A stretch of DNA of 64,000 nt from an uncultured Pseudomonadota bacterium (GCA_963736005.1 CAVTNB010000001.1:1312001-1376000), one strand, 5' to 3'. Positions 30,593-41,148 are shown, numbered from the stretch's first letter. Made by a program: numbers and translations. Notes: generated by a model not told the origin, from the sequence alone.

Positions 30593-31411
30593 ATGCGCAC
30601 TCGTGGTTGGAAATCTCTCGCGATCACCGGCCTGTTGCTGGTCTCGTCGCTGCCCGCGCTCGCGCAACCGGGCGACATCTACGAAAGCGGGTCCGGTCAA
30701 AATCAGAATAGCCAAACGTTTAAGCTTGAGATCTCGCAAGCCACGGCCGACTTGCATCACGGTCTCGCGATCGAGATCGAGGCCGAGCGCATCACCTCCG
30801 GTGCCGAAGACATTTGGAAACGGTCATCGCCGACGGTCGCGAAATACGAGCCGCCGTGCTACACCTACTACAATTCGTCGCACAATCTCATTCCCGAGCT
30901 CAACGCTGAGTTTCTCGCCCACGACTACGCCGGCGCCAACGAGACCGCGAAACAGGCTGCCGAATTTCTCAACCAAGCCGACAAGTGCTCCAACAAACCG
31001 CAAATCGCTCAAAATAGACCCGACAACCCAGCCTGGGGACCGTACTACGTACCACGCCCGGGCGAAACCCCACCACAGGGTGCGCAGCCCACTAACAATA
31101 CGACCCCCGCAGATCCGGACCGGGAACCGTTGCCGCCGTCGAAGTCGGCGGGGGGACACACTTACAAAAAAATTCTGCACCAACCCACTTGGCTCACACC
31201 CTATTCGACATCTGACGGAGATATCTACCCTTACCGCTTTGACAACGGCGACATCGGTGAGTTTCCGGCACATTACGCGGGTTATGCACTCAACGGCAGG
31301 TTTACACCGCAATTGAAATACGTTAGTGGCAGCGCGGCCCAGGCGATGGCGCAGTATTACAGTAAAATTGAATACCGACTTTACGCAGGCACGCTTATCA
31401 TCCCGAAGTAG
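30593..31411 (+). CDS. Hypothetical secreted protein
   Basis: GGAGG RBS, signal peptide MRTRGWKSLAITGLLLVSSLPALA, Pro-rich linker between two domains. Confidence 0.65.
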   Translation: MRTRGWKSLAITGLLLVSSLPALAQPGDIYESGSGQNQNSQTFKLEISQATADLHHGLAIEIEAERITSGAEDIWKRSSPTVAKYEPPCYTYYNSSHNLIPELNAEFLAHDYAGANETAKQAAEFLNQADKCSNKPQIAQNRPDNPAWGPYYVPRPGETPPQGAQPTNNTTPADPDREPLPPSKSAGGHTYKKILHQPTWLTPYSTSDGDIYPYRFDNGDIGEFPAHYAGYALNGRFTPQLKYVSGSAAQAMAQYYSKIEYRLYAGTLIIPK

Positions 31412-31534
31412 GCAGCGCGCCCAATCTCGCGCACGCGCTCAAGGGTTTCCGTGCGTGGTGCTTTTTTACACGGTCGCGAGCGTTCGACCACAAGCCCCAC
31501 TAATGTTGCTAGGTTTTGGTTTTGGGGCGGCAAA

Positions 31535-32608
31535 CTAGAGCGGGGCGTTGTATGTCAACTGAACCAAGAACTCTCCGCTCCATTTGGTTTCAAGGTTAGC
31601 TTGACCCCAGGCGCTCTGTCCGACATACATGTCTGTGATTTTCCAGTCTGCAGGGTGTGGATCCATCATCCCATCGGGAGAGCCCCCACTGATGAGAGCT
31701 TTCAAGCGAGGGGCGATGTTAATGGTATCCATCGTGATCGAGTCCCCTGGATTGAGGAGACTATATCCATAGCTGGTGATGGGATCGCCAATACAGTACG
31801 GATTTGAGATGCCGCAAAAGAATTCAACATTAACGCCAGTGTGACAGCCTGCCCCCGTGTCGGTGCCTGGGTAGCATTCTAAACCGAGTTCCAGTTGGTA
31901 AAAAAGAGTTTGGCCTGTTGTGGAGCTGAGAATGAGAGACGCTATGACCTGACTTTGATTGACCCCGCATTCTACGCCCGACGTGGGTTGGAATGCTGTC
32001 ACCACTGTCACGGTTCCTTGGAAGTTAATGGTTGTAATCTTTTCTAAAGTAGGAATGCCTCCCGTGGGATAGCCGCTCGCTGATAAAATACCACTCGGGT
32101 TTGTCCGGACGAAAATTGTTTGGTCGTTTGGCTGAAGAAAGAAATCAAACTCTTGGGGGCTTGAGCCGCAGTAAGTTGTCGCGGTTTGACCTAAGGTGGT
32201 TGAAGTCCATGCTCCTGTAGCGGGATTACTTTGAAAAGACACTGACATTGGATCATAGGCCGTTGCTAAAGTGGATGAGGTGTCTAGTTCCTCAGTCGTC
32301 GAAGGATTTGTGATAGTAAAGGGTTCCCAATTTACTCCGGGCTGCTGACCCCACGATAAGACATTCCAATCAGCTCCAGCGCCCGTTGCATATACGGCTG
32401 GATAAGGGGGCTGGGTTTCAAGGAGAGCAAAGTTGTTTGTGGCTTTGAATGGTTCTACAGTGCAATTCTTTGTGCAATCCTTTAGCGGAGGCGGTGCTGA
32501 ACTTTCTGATCCGCCGCCACCACATGCCGACAGTTGAAAAAGCAAGCATAGGGTTAGAACTTCAGCTAATAACAAAGCGAAGCGAACAACGGTATCCTTC
32601 CCGTTCAT
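31535..32608 (-). CDS. Hypothetical lipoprotein, visibly lower GC
   Basis: Lipobox LSAC-GGGGS; GGAGG RBS; 357-aa Thr/Gly-rich ORF with several Cys. Confidence 0.75.
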   Translation of the reverse strand: MNGKDTVVRFALLLAEVLTLCLLFQLSACGGGGSESSAPPPLKDCTKNCTVEPFKATNNFALLETQPPYPAVYATGAGADWNVLSWGQQPGVNWEPFTITNPSTTEELDTSSTLATAYDPMSVSFQSNPATGAWTSTTLGQTATTYCGSSPQEFDFFLQPNDQTIFVRTNPSGILSASGYPTGGIPTLEKITTINFQGTVTVVTAFQPTSGVECGVNQSQVIASLILSSTTGQTLFYQLELGLECYPGTDTGAGCHTGVNVEFFCGISNPYCIGDPITSYGYSLLNPGDSITMDTINIAPRLKALISGGSPDGMMDPHPADWKITDMYVGQSAWGQANLETKWSGEFLVQLTYNAPL

Positions 32609-32846
32609 CGGGGAACCTCCGTAGGGAGCACCTCTAGCCCGTCAAGCGGCGCCACGATAGCGTCGTTCTGTTGAATGCAAAGATGATGTCCAGGCGGCGC
32701 GGGAAGTTTTCTGCGCCGCGGTCAAAATCGCTTCAAAAAGCTAATTGATCGGACGTTTCCAAATCGCGCACCAGACATTTCGAAACCGGTTTTAGGGATC
32801 GCAGGTCAGCACTCGTTGTCCCAGAATGGCGCGTCGGAAGTCTTTT

Positions 32847-35519
32847 TTAGACGGTCGCGAGACCGTGGCACTTCTTGTATTTCTTGCCTGAACCACACGG
32901 ACACGGGTCGTTTCGTCCGACCTTCTTGTCCGCATTGCGCACCGGTTGTTGCGGGCCTGATGATTCGTCGCGATTGGAGCGCAGCCGGTCGAAGCGGTGC
33001 AGTGCTGCCGAATCTGGCTGGGGCATCGTGGAACTCGGCGTGGGCGCAGGTTGCCCGTCGCCTGGTAATGACTGTTGCGGGGGAGGCGGCTGCTGCACGA
33101 CGATGTGAAAGTCATCGCCTTGGAACATGCCTGCAAGAAATTCTTCCTGAATCGCGACCTTGAGATCTTCGAAGAGCTCGAACGCTTCTTTTTCGTACTC
33201 GACGCGCGGGTCTTTTTGCCCCCAGCCGCGCAGGCCAATGCCCTGGCGTAAGCTATCCATCGTGTAGAGATGATCGATCCACAAACGATCGATGATCTGC
33301 AGCATCGTTGCGCGCTCGAGGTTGCGGAGTGCCTCGCGCAGTCCTTCCGAGTCGAGTTCAGTGTAACGCGCAATCATGCGCTCTTCTTTTGCCGTATACA
33401 TCGCGTCGGCTTCGCGTGCCAATAAGTCCACTGCCTCTTCTTTCGACAGCGGCTCCAGCTGCGCGGCGGTCACTCGTTTGCTGATGCCCCGGATGGTGGC
33501 TTCCAGGTCCACGAGAATCTGCCCGCGATCCCATTCGTGGGGATGCACGTTGTCGGCGCAATTAGCATCCACGGCTTGCTGAGCTTTTTCGCGCAAAATC
33601 TCAGTTAGGCTTGGTCGCAGGTTGTGCCCTTCCAAGACGCGCCTGCGCTCCGCGTAAATGACAGCGCGCTGCTTATTCATGACGTCGTCGTACTCGAGCA
33701 CGTGCTTGCGCTGCTCGTAGTTGTGCGCTTCGACTTTCTTTTGCGCGTTCTCAATGCTCTTCGTGAGAATGCCAGCCTCGATCGGCGTATCGTCGTCGAG
33801 TTTGAAAAGCTCCATGGTCGAGCGAATTCGCTCACCACCGAAAATGCGCATGAGCTCGTCGTCGAGGGCAACGTAAAAGCGCGACGAACCAGGGTCGCCT
33901 TGTCGGCCCGATCGCCCGCGCAGCTGATTGTCGATGCGGCGTGACTCGTGGCGCTCCGTGCCCAGGATATGCAAACCGCCAAGGGTTGTGACGCCCTCAC
34001 CGAGCTTGATGTCGACGCCCCGCCCGGCCATATTCGTGGCGATCGTCACCTTGCCGCGAAGTCCAGCATCTTTGATGATCTCGGCTTCTTTTTCGTGATA
34101 CTTCGCGTTGAGGACATTGTGCTCGATCCCGCGCTTGGACAGCAGTCCCGAGAGACGCTCTGACTTCTCGATCGAGCGCGTTCCGACGAGCACCGGTTGT
34201 CCAGCATTATGCCGCTCGACGATCTCATTGATGACTGCCCGAAACTTGCCTTCTTCATTTTTGTACACGACGTCATCGTTGTCGGTGCGGCATACCCCCA
34301 CGTTGGTGGGAATCGCGATGACGTCCAATCCGTAGATGTCGCGGAATTCGCGCTCTTCGGTCTTCGCCGTGCCGGTCATGCCAGCGAGTTTCTTGTAGAG
34401 GCGGAAGTAGTTTTGGAACGTGATCGTCGCGAGCGTTTGATCCTCGCTCTTGACTTTGATGCCTTCTTTTGCCTCGATGGCTTGGTGAATGCCATCCGAA
34501 TAGCGACGCCCATACATTAAGCGCCCAGTAAACTCGTCGACGATGACGATCTCGCCGTCTTTGACCACGTACTGCTCGTCTTTGCGGAATAGCTCTTTGG
34601 CTTTGAGCGCGGCCTGCAACTGGTGCGTGAGTTCGAGGTTTGACTGATCGTACAGATTTTGGACGCCGAGGATTTTTTCGACCTTGGCCACACCGGCTTC
34701 GGTGATTGGTACCGCGTGCATTTTCTCGTCGACTGTGTAATCTTGCTCTTTGCGCAATTGCGGCATGACGTTTCGGGCAAAGTGTTCGTACAGGTGCGAG
34801 GCGTCTTTGTAGGTGGGCCCGAGCACGGCCTCGGGCGACCCGCTGATAATGAGCGGAGTACGCGCCTCATCAATAAGAATCGAGTCTACTTCGTCAACGA
34901 TGGCGTAGTTGAGTTCGCGCTGCACGCAGTAGGCAAGATGCGGCGCCATGTTGTCGCGCAAGTAGTCGAAGCCTGCCTCGTTGTTCGTCACATAGGTGAC
35001 GTCGCTTGCATACGCCGCTCGTCGCTCGGGTGGTGGCATGAAGTGCTGAATAACGCCAACCGACAGACCGAGGAATCGGTAGATGGGACCCATCCACTCG
35101 GCGTCTCGTTTGGCCAGATAGTCGTTGACGGTGACGAGATGTACGCCTTTTCCGAGAAGCGCATTGAGGTAGACGGGGAGCGTCGCAACAAGCGTTTTGC
35201 CTTCGCCCGTTCGCATCTCGGCAACTTTGCCATCGTGCAGCACCATGCCGCCGATCAGCTGCACGTCAAAATGTCTCATAGATAGCGTGCGGCGCGCGGC
35301 CTCGCGGCAAACGGCAAACGCCTCGACAAGCAAATCGTCGAGGCCTGCACCTGCAGCAATCCGCTCGCGAAACTCCACCGTCTTCGCTGCGAGCGCTTCG
35401 TCGCTCAGCGCGGTCATGCTGGGCTCGAGCTCGTTGATCTGTACTGCGATCTTGCGCAGGCGGGCGACCTCGCGGTCGTTCCCGTCAACCCACGAGCGTA
35501 TATTTTGAATCAGGGACAA
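32847..35519 (-). CDS. secA: Preprotein translocase ATPase SecA
   Basis: [42 protein letters not shown] motif [19 protein letters not shown]. Confidence 0.98.
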   Translation of the reverse strand: MSLIQNIRSWVDGNDREVARLRKIAVQINELEPSMTALSDEALAAKTVEFRERIAAGAGLDDLLVEAFAVCREAARRTLSMRHFDVQLIGGMVLHDGKVAEMRTGEGKTLVATLPVYLNALLGKGVHLVTVNDYLAKRDAEWMGPIYRFLGLSVGVIQHFMPPPERRAAYASDVTYVTNNEAGFDYLRDNMAPHLAYCVQRELNYAIVDEVDSILIDEARTPLIISGSPEAVLGPTYKDASHLYEHFARNVMPQLRKEQDYTVDEKMHAVPITEAGVAKVEKILGVQNLYDQSNLELTHQLQAALKAKELFRKDEQYVVKDGEIVIVDEFTGRLMYGRRYSDGIHQAIEAKEGIKVKSEDQTLATITFQNYFRLYKKLAGMTGTAKTEEREFRDIYGLDVIAIPTNVGVCRTDNDDVVYKNEEGKFRAVINEIVERHNAGQPVLVGTRSIEKSERLSGLLSKRGIEHNVLNAKYHEKEAEIIKDAGLRGKVTIATNMAGRGVDIKLGEGVTTLGGLHILGTERHESRRIDNQLRGRSGRQGDPGSSRFYVALDDELMRIFGGERIRSTMELFKLDDDTPIEAGILTKSIENAQKKVEAHNYEQRKHVLEYDDVMNKQRAVIYAERRRVLEGHNLRPSLTEILREKAQQAVDANCADNVHPHEWDRGQILVDLEATIRGISKRVTAAQLEPLSKEEAVDLLAREADAMYTAKEERMIARYTELDSEGLREALRNLERATMLQIIDRLWIDHLYTMDSLRQGIGLRGWGQKDPRVEYEKEAFELFEDLKVAIQEEFLAGMFQGDDFHIVVQQPPPPQQSLPGDGQPAPTPSSTMPQPDSAALHRFDRLRSNRDESSGPQQPVRNADKKVGRNDPCPCGSGKKYKKCHGLATV

Positions 35520-35537
35520 GTGTTATTATTTTCCTTT

Positions 35538-35562
35538 AGCGGACCTAAAGGTCCGCTGCTAC
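35538..35562. repeat. REP family A copy overlapping the hpf stop codon
   Basis: AGCGGACCTAAAGGTCCGCTGCTAC; the hpf TAG (35559-35561) lies in the GTAG tag. Confidence 0.85.
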
Positions 35563-36122
35563 ACAAGGGTTGTTTCGATAAGGCCGAGCTGACCTCCGCG
35601 CCTCTTATAAAGAACGTTGACCGCCCCCGTAAGATTGTTGACAAACAGGAAAAAGTCGTGCCCGAGCAGGTCCATTTGAACCACGGCCTCCTGCGGGTCC
35701 ATTTTCCTGATCTCGATGCGCTTTTGGCGGACGATGTGCAGCTCTTTGTCAGAGCCATCTGCATCCGAGGTCACCTCTTGCCCGCGCCTCGGTGGCCGGC
35801 GGGCTGACGTCTTGAGCTTGCCGTTGGTCTTCAGATGGTGCGCCCAATGCTTGGTTTTGAACTTGCGGATCTGCTGCTCCAAGCGGTTGCGCACGAGGTC
35901 AATTGAAGCATGCATGTCCGGCGAGCGTTCTTCCGCCTTGATCACATGGTGCTTGAGGTTCAGCACGACATCAACGATCTGAACCGAGCGCTCCGTTCGC
36001 AGCGTAACGTGCGCATCCAAAATCTGATCGAGGTAGTGGGTGAGGTGGCCGACTTTTTCTTCAACGTAGCCCCGCAGCGCGGAGGTGACCTTCAGGTTGC
36101 GGCCTTTGATGTAGATATTCAT
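35559..36122 (-). CDS. hpf: Ribosome hibernation promoting factor (long HPF)
   Basis: IKGRNLKVTSALRGYVEEK and QIRKFKTK; C-domain MDPQEAVVQMDLLGHDFFLF..VNVLYKR. Confidence 0.93.
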   Translation of the reverse strand: MNIYIKGRNLKVTSALRGYVEEKVGHLTHYLDQILDAHVTLRTERSVQIVDVVLNLKHHVIKAEERSPDMHASIDLVRNRLEQQIRKFKTKHWAHHLKTNGKLKTSARRPPRRGQEVTSDADGSDKELHIVRQKRIEIRKMDPQEAVVQMDLLGHDFFLFVNNLTGAVNVLYKRRGGQLGLIETTLV

Positions 36123-36363
36123 GAGCCGGATGCTCCGTTAATCTTAGGATTGGCGCTGTTCGTGCGGCGGGAAGAGCCTCCTGCACCTGCACCGTTAAAG
36201 TCAACAGCGGCGCGCCACGGGCCGCATGCGGCTTTGCGAGCAAGAGCATCACAACCAAGAGCACGACAAGCGCGATGATCACGAGCACAATGCGCGCGAC
36301 GATATACGGTCGCTGCGGTCGAGTCTTGATGATCTGCCGTTTGGGCGGCTGGATGTTCCCCAT
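36061..36363 (-). CDS. Small hypothetical membrane protein
   Basis: Basic N-terminus and one strong TM helix (IVLVIIALVVLLVVMLLLA); starts right after the deacetylase stop. Overlap with hpf makes the 3' end doubtful. Confidence 0.45.
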   Translation of the reverse strand: MGNIQPPKRQIIKTRPQRPYIVARIVLVIIALVVLLVVMLLLAKPHAARGAPLLTLTVQVQEALPAARTAPILRLTEHPAHEYLHQRPQPEGHLRAAGLR

Positions 36364-36364
36364 G

Positions 36365-37207
36365 TTAGGGCGAGCTCGCAATCACTACACGAATTGGATC
36401 GTTGATGCTCGCGAGCGGCAAGCGCTGCGTTAATTGCGAGAGGGTGACAAACTCGAAGCCTGCGTCACGGTACGAGCGAACGATGCGCGGCAGCGCTTCG
36501 ATTGTCGCCTCTTTTCCGTTGTGCAACAAAATGACTGCCGGCGAGCGCGCGCGGCTCGTGACATCGGCGACGATTTGGTTGGCGTCGATCGAGCGCCAGT
36601 CTCCTGGGTCCACATCCCAGAGCACCATGACGTCGCCTTCTGCGCGAGCAGCATCGATAGTCGCTTCGTCGTAGTTGCCATGAGGCGGGCGAAAGAATCG
36701 AGGATGCTCGCCAGTCAACCCCTCGATCGCCCGTGCTCCCGCTGCAATCTCTTGTCGCTGCCCTGCCATGCTCAGCGTGGACAATTCGGGATGTGTATTC
36801 GTGTGGTTGCCAATTTCTATGCCTGCTGCCCGCACACGTATGGTGATCGCCGGCTGCGCCGCCGCGTCGCGACCAATGAGGAAGAACACGGCCGGGACCT
36901 TGAGCGCCCGAAGTTGTGCAAGCAAGAGCGGCGTGAGAACGGGAAAGGGTCCATCATCAAAGGTGAGAACGGCGAGCCGCGGCCTCTGTGGAGGACGCAA
37001 GCTTTCGCTTACCTCGAGCAGCATGCGCTGCGTGATCTGTGAGGCCGATGGCGCGATAACCTGGGCGGCGGCGACGTCTGGGGGAACGATCACCGGTACC
37101 AATTCGAGCTGCGCATGATGGATCCAGCGGCGCAAGACTATGACCGCGACAACCAAGAGGACAAAAAGCGCCCACGAGAGCGGGCGCTTCCACCAGGGGA
37201 ACTTCAC
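36365..37207 (-). CDS. Polysaccharide deacetylase (CE4/NodB)
   Basis: LTFDDGP, IGNHTNTHP, FRPPHG, WDVDPGDW, ILLHN; N-terminal TM. Confidence 0.92.
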   Translation of the reverse strand: MKFPWWKRPLSWALFVLLVVAVIVLRRWIHHAQLELVPVIVPPDVAAAQVIAPSASQITQRMLLEVSESLRPPQRPRLAVLTFDDGPFPVLTPLLLAQLRALKVPAVFFLIGRDAAAQPAITIRVRAAGIEIGNHTNTHPELSTLSMAGQRQEIAAGARAIEGLTGEHPRFFRPPHGNYDEATIDAARAEGDVMVLWDVDPGDWRSIDANQIVADVTSRARSPAVILLHNGKEATIEALPRIVRSYRDAGFEFVTLSQLTQRLPLASINDPIRVVIASSP

Positions 37208-37213
37208 GTTTGC

Positions 37214-38548
37214 TTAGATGCGGTAATCGCGGCCAACAACAATGACAACGTCGTCGCCGTCCATGGGCGCGACGTTGATGTGCGGATTCTTCACTGGCAG
37301 CGCCTTGGCAACTTCGCCCGCAACTTTCTGGTCCGAGGTTTCGATGGTCGTCGTTTGATAGCCGAAGCTTGCGGCGTTGCTCGTGTCGACGACGTCAAAG
37401 CCGCGCTGTCGCAGGAAGTCTGCCATCGCCGACGCTGCGCCAGGCGTGCCCGAACCGTTCTCGATGCGCAGGTGGACATTCGACGGGTCGAATTTGGTTC
37501 CAAAGCCCACAACCAGATACTGGTGCACGGTCTTGCTGGCATCGCTTGACGCGAAGAGGACGGACTCACCGTTCGTCCACCCAATTTCCACGGGGAGTAC
37601 CGAACTGTGCACCGATTGCGGCGAGACGCCGCGCATGCCCAGCGCTAAATCGTAGAGTTTACCGAAGGTCATGTCGGTGCGAATGTTATCTTTAACGACC
37701 GCCAGCAGCGCCGGGAGATGGAGCGCAATGTTTGGATCGCGGAAGCGCTTGGCGAGAATTTGTACGACCTGGCGCTGTCGTCGCATCCGCCCGAAGTCCC
37801 CTTCGGGATCGTGGCGAAAACGAATGTAGCCAACAACCTGATCGCCGGTCAGATGCTGTGTGCCCTTCTTCAGATGAATATGCAGTTGACCCCACGTGTC
37901 ATCGTAGTCCATGTCTTTCTCGACGTTGACATCCAGACCACCGATGGCATTGATGATATTCTTGGTCGCGTCGAGCCGTAAGACCACATAATAATCAAAG
38001 GGTGGAACACCGAGATTTTTTTGGACCGTTGTTTCGGTGCGCTGCGGTCCGCCGTCCCCATAGGCCTCGTTGATCTTGCCGTAACCACTTTTTGGTATGT
38101 AGACCCAGAGGTCGCGTGGGATCGAGAGCACGCTGACCTGCTTGCTCGCAAGGTCGATGTTGACTCCGATCAGCGTGTCGGTTCGCGCTCCGGCAGTGTA
38201 GGCAACGTCGCTGTCAGTCCAGTTTTCATCCAGACCCATGACGAGCACGCGTAAATTTGGTTTGCCGAACACTTGCACGAGATCCGGCGCCGGCAAAAAC
38301 GGGGCAAGCGCGCTACCAACGCCCCCCTTATACTTGACATAGCCGGTTGCCGCAATTAAGGCGATGAAAAGAATCGCTGCGATGACAAGGAAGCGCCGGC
38401 CCCAGCCACGGCTGGGCGGCGCCACGGGCGGCTCACCCGCTCCCGGCTGCGTTGATGATGCCTTCGGGGCGTTGCCGGTGTAATCGAGATCAGCCAAGGA
38501 AGAAAACCTCTCTCGGGCGGTTGCAGAACGACTTGACTTGTCGCCCAC
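37214..38548 (-). CDS. LCP (LytR-CpsA-Psr) family protein with LytR C-terminal domain
   Basis: RTDTL, SIPRD, KINEAY, RFRHDPEGDFGRMRRQ; C-terminal IENGSGTPGAA...VVIVVGRDY. Confidence 0.92.
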   Translation of the reverse strand: MGDKSSRSATARERFSSLADLDYTGNAPKASSTQPGAGEPPVAPPSRGWGRRFLVIAAILFIALIAATGYVKYKGGVGSALAPFLPAPDLVQVFGKPNLRVLVMGLDENWTDSDVAYTAGARTDTLIGVNIDLASKQVSVLSIPRDLWVYIPKSGYGKINEAYGDGGPQRTETTVQKNLGVPPFDYYVVLRLDATKNIINAIGGLDVNVEKDMDYDDTWGQLHIHLKKGTQHLTGDQVVGYIRFRHDPEGDFGRMRRQRQVVQILAKRFRDPNIALHLPALLAVVKDNIRTDMTFGKLYDLALGMRGVSPQSVHSSVLPVEIGWTNGESVLFASSDASKTVHQYLVVGFGTKFDPSNVHLRIENGSGTPGAASAMADFLRQRGFDVVDTSNAASFGYQTTTIETSDQKVAGEVAKALPVKNPHINVAPMDGDDVVIVVGRDYRI

Positions 38549-38579
38549 TCCATCAATTTATCGGTTGGTTTCTGGATGG

Positions 38580-39068
38580 CTATCGGTAATTGACGAACTG
38601 TACTGGAAAGTCTAGGGGCATTTCCTTCACAAGCGTAATGGCCTTTTGCAGTTCGTCCTTCGATCTGCTGGAGACCCGGACTTGCTCGTCCTGGACTTGG
38701 CTCGCGACCTTTAGCTTAGAATTCTTGAGCGCCTCGGTGATTTTCTTGGCTCGGTCGCGGTCTATGCCCTGCGCAGCGGTTACCGTTTGTCGCAGCGTGC
38801 CGCCCGCGGCGGGTTCCGCCTTTTCAAATCGCAAGGCTTTGAGGGACACCTGGCGCTTGACGCACCTGGTTTGCAAAATGTCAACGACGTTGCGCAGCTT
38901 GAGGTCATCGTCGGCGACGATGGTTATCGTCAAGTCGGTGAGTTCGATGGACGATTTTGAGTTTTTTAGATCAAAGCGCGTCGCAATCTCCCGCTGCACT
39001 TGATTGACTGCGTCTGCGAGATTTTGCCTATCGACGCGAGAGACAATATCGAATGAGAAATCACTCAT
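38580..39068 (-). CDS. yajQ: YajQ family nucleotide-binding protein
   Basis: SFDIVS, RFDLK, QVRVSSRSKDELQ, QFVNYR. Confidence 0.93.
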   Translation of the reverse strand: MSDFSFDIVSRVDRQNLADAVNQVQREIATRFDLKNSKSSIELTDLTITIVADDDLKLRNVVDILQTRCVKRQVSLKALRFEKAEPAAGGTLRQTVTAAQGIDRDRAKKITEALKNSKLKVASQVQDEQVRVSSRSKDELQKAITLVKEMPLDFPVQFVNYR

Positions 39069-39852
39069 GCGGGCCGGTCAGCTGGCTGGAGGAGGTCTTC
39101 GCTGCAAAGACGCGATCCTCCACTTGGCCGGCCGTCCCGAGCCTGCCGAGGTCCTTGCCGTCGAAATTTGCGACGACACCGCCTGCGTTGCCCGCGCGCA
39201 TCGAGATTTCGCGTGCACCATGGAACTCGCGGACCGTTCCTGCGGGCAATGTTTCATACACGACGCGTTTGCCGTCAACGGTGATAGAGAGCCAGCTCGG
39301 CTGCGTCAGTTGAAGACGCAAGTTGACACCGCCCTGACTTTGCGCATCCGCCGCTGCTTGCAATGTATTCGAAGTGCCCGGACCTCCCGGGGAGAAAATG
39401 TGGGGAGCTTGCGCGACATTCACTGCTGCATTTTGATTTGACGTCGGGCGCAAAACACCGAACAAACCAACCGCAACGTTGATGACCAAAATTCCCGCGA
39501 TGACGGTGAGCGCTCCGAGCAGCCACGGGTACCAGGGTGCCGATCGTAACGTTCGATCGGAGCGCATAAGGAAAATGTTGTTGCTGAGGTTGGCCTCATC
39601 CGTTTGCGCTGCTACCGGACGATCTTCGGGAAGCTGCGCGACCAGTGAAACAGGGTCGAGGCCTAGCAACCGTGCGTAGTTGCGCAGGAAGCCGCGGACG
39701 TAGACGGGCTCCCCCACCGCCGACCAATCCTCGCGTTCCATTGCCTCGACGAACATTGTACGGATGCGCAGGCGTGCTGCGGCCTCACCAGCGGTGAGCC
39801 CGAGTTGCTTGCGTGCGGTCGTGAGTTGTTCGCCTAGAGCTTCCATGGCCAA
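39061..39852 (-). CDS. rodZ: RodZ-like cell-shape protein (HTH, TM, DUF4115)
   Basis: HTH with YVRGFLRNYARLLGLD, TM helix, SWLSITVDG..RAGNAGGV..GTAGQV. Confidence 0.85.
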   Translation of the reverse strand: MAMEALGEQLTTARKQLGLTAGEAAARLRIRTMFVEAMEREDWSAVGEPVYVRGFLRNYARLLGLDPVSLVAQLPEDRPVAAQTDEANLSNNIFLMRSDRTLRSAPWYPWLLGALTVIAGILVINVAVGLFGVLRPTSNQNAAVNVAQAPHIFSPGGPGTSNTLQAAADAQSQGGVNLRLQLTQPSWLSITVDGKRVVYETLPAGTVREFHGAREISMRAGNAGGVVANFDGKDLGRLGTAGQVEDRVFAAKTSSSQLTGPHE

Positions 39853-39927
39853 TTCGCTCTTCGAGGTCTAAAAGAAGGGAAGGGAAATTCGGTCTGCGCA
39901 CGATGCGCGCAGCCGACTCCCGATAAG

Positions 39928-41148
39928 ATGAACGGGGTACTCATGAAAGGAATTGGGAATGTTCGCACACAGTCCTTTCCTGGACCGTTTGCCCCAACCA
40001 AAGCTGAGCAGCCTGTGATAACGGACAACCGACCAAGCTCCAGATCCCGCCACCGTCCTTCGGGGCGCGCCGCGGCTTGCCTCGCCGCTATGAGCGGGGG
40101 CGTCGATAGCTCGGTGGCAGCCGCCCTGCTTGCTGGTGACGGCCATAACGTACTGGGCATGACCATGCGCCTGTGGAGCCCCGGGCCCGGTTTATTGAGC
40201 GAAAAGGTTCGCCAATGCTGCGGACCGACCGCTTATGAGGACGCAAAGAGCGCCGCTGAAGTGGCCGGCATACCCCACTATATCGTCAATTTTGAAGCGG
40301 CGTTCAGTCGCGCCGTCATCGAGTACTTTTGCGCCGAATATCTTGCCGGACGCACGCCCAATCCATGCGTGGCCTGCAACAATCTCGTCAAATTCGGAGC
40401 GTTGCTCGATTTCGCGCGCGCGCTCGGAATCGTGACCCTAGTCACCGGACACTACGCGAAGGTGGTCGTTGACGATCAGGGTCCTCACTTGTATCGGGCC
40501 GACGATCGTTCCAAAGATCAATCGTACATGCTCGCAGGACTGCGACGCGACCAACTCGCCTCCCTCATTATGCCGCTCGGCACGTATACGAAGGAACGCA
40601 CGCGCGCGGTGGCGCGCAAGCTTGGCTTGAGCGTGGCTGACAAGCCCGACTCGGTGGATTTATGTTTTGTCGATGGCGATTATCGCTCGTTTATCGCCCA
40701 GCGTTTTCCCGATAGCGCGACATCAGGTCCGGTCATCACACTGGATGGTGAGATTGTCGGTACGCATGATGGATTGCTGGGTTACACTGTCGGTCAGCGC
40801 CGAGGATTGCCCTCGGATCTCCTGGACGGGCCCTGGTACGTCGTGCGCACCGACCGCTTGTCAAATGCGGTGGTGATCGGTCAGCGTGATGCGCTTGCAA
40901 AGCGTTCCGCGTCGTGCAGTGCGACAAATATTCTTCGCCCCGACCTCTTCGAGCGCGAGCCCGTGCGTGGCGTCGCGGTTACTCGCTACAGAAGCCGCGG
41001 CATCACTGCGCTCGCGCGCATCACGTCTCATGGCGATCTGGTGGTTGACTTCGATGAGCCGGTGCCGATGCTCACGCCCGGGCAGCTCCTCGTGCTGTAC
41101 GATCCAGACGACTGCGAGGTGCTTGCGTCGGGCGTTATCGAGCCATGA
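39928..41148 (+). CDS. mnmA: tRNA-specific 2-thiouridylase (true start probably downstream, ~40015)
   Basis: AMSGGVDSS, GRTPNPCVACN, TGHYA, KDQSY, YTVGQRRGL, PGQ. Confidence 0.94.
   Translation: MNGVLMKGIGNVRTQSFPGPFAPTKAEQPVITDNRPSSRSRHRPSGRAAACLAAMSGGVDSSVAAALLAGDGHNVLGMTMRLWSPGPGLLSEKVRQCCGPTAYEDAKSAAEVAGIPHYIVNFEAAFSRAVIEYFCAEYLAGRTPNPCVACNNLVKFGALLDFARALGIVTLVTGHYAKVVVDDQGPHLYRADDRSKDQSYMLAGLRRDQLASLIMPLGTYTKERTRAVARKLGLSVADKPDSVDLCFVDGDYRSFIAQRFPDSATSGPVITLDGEIVGTHDGLLGYTVGQRRGLPSDLLDGPWYVVRTDRLSNAVVIGQRDALAKRSASCSATNILRPDLFEREPVRGVAVTRYRSRGITALARITSHGDLVVDFDEPVPMLTPGQLLVLYDPDDCEVLASGVIEP

Noticed and set aside
23843..32608. Prophage or integrative element
   Set aside because: No integrase, transposase, phage genes, tRNA target or flanking direct repeats seen.
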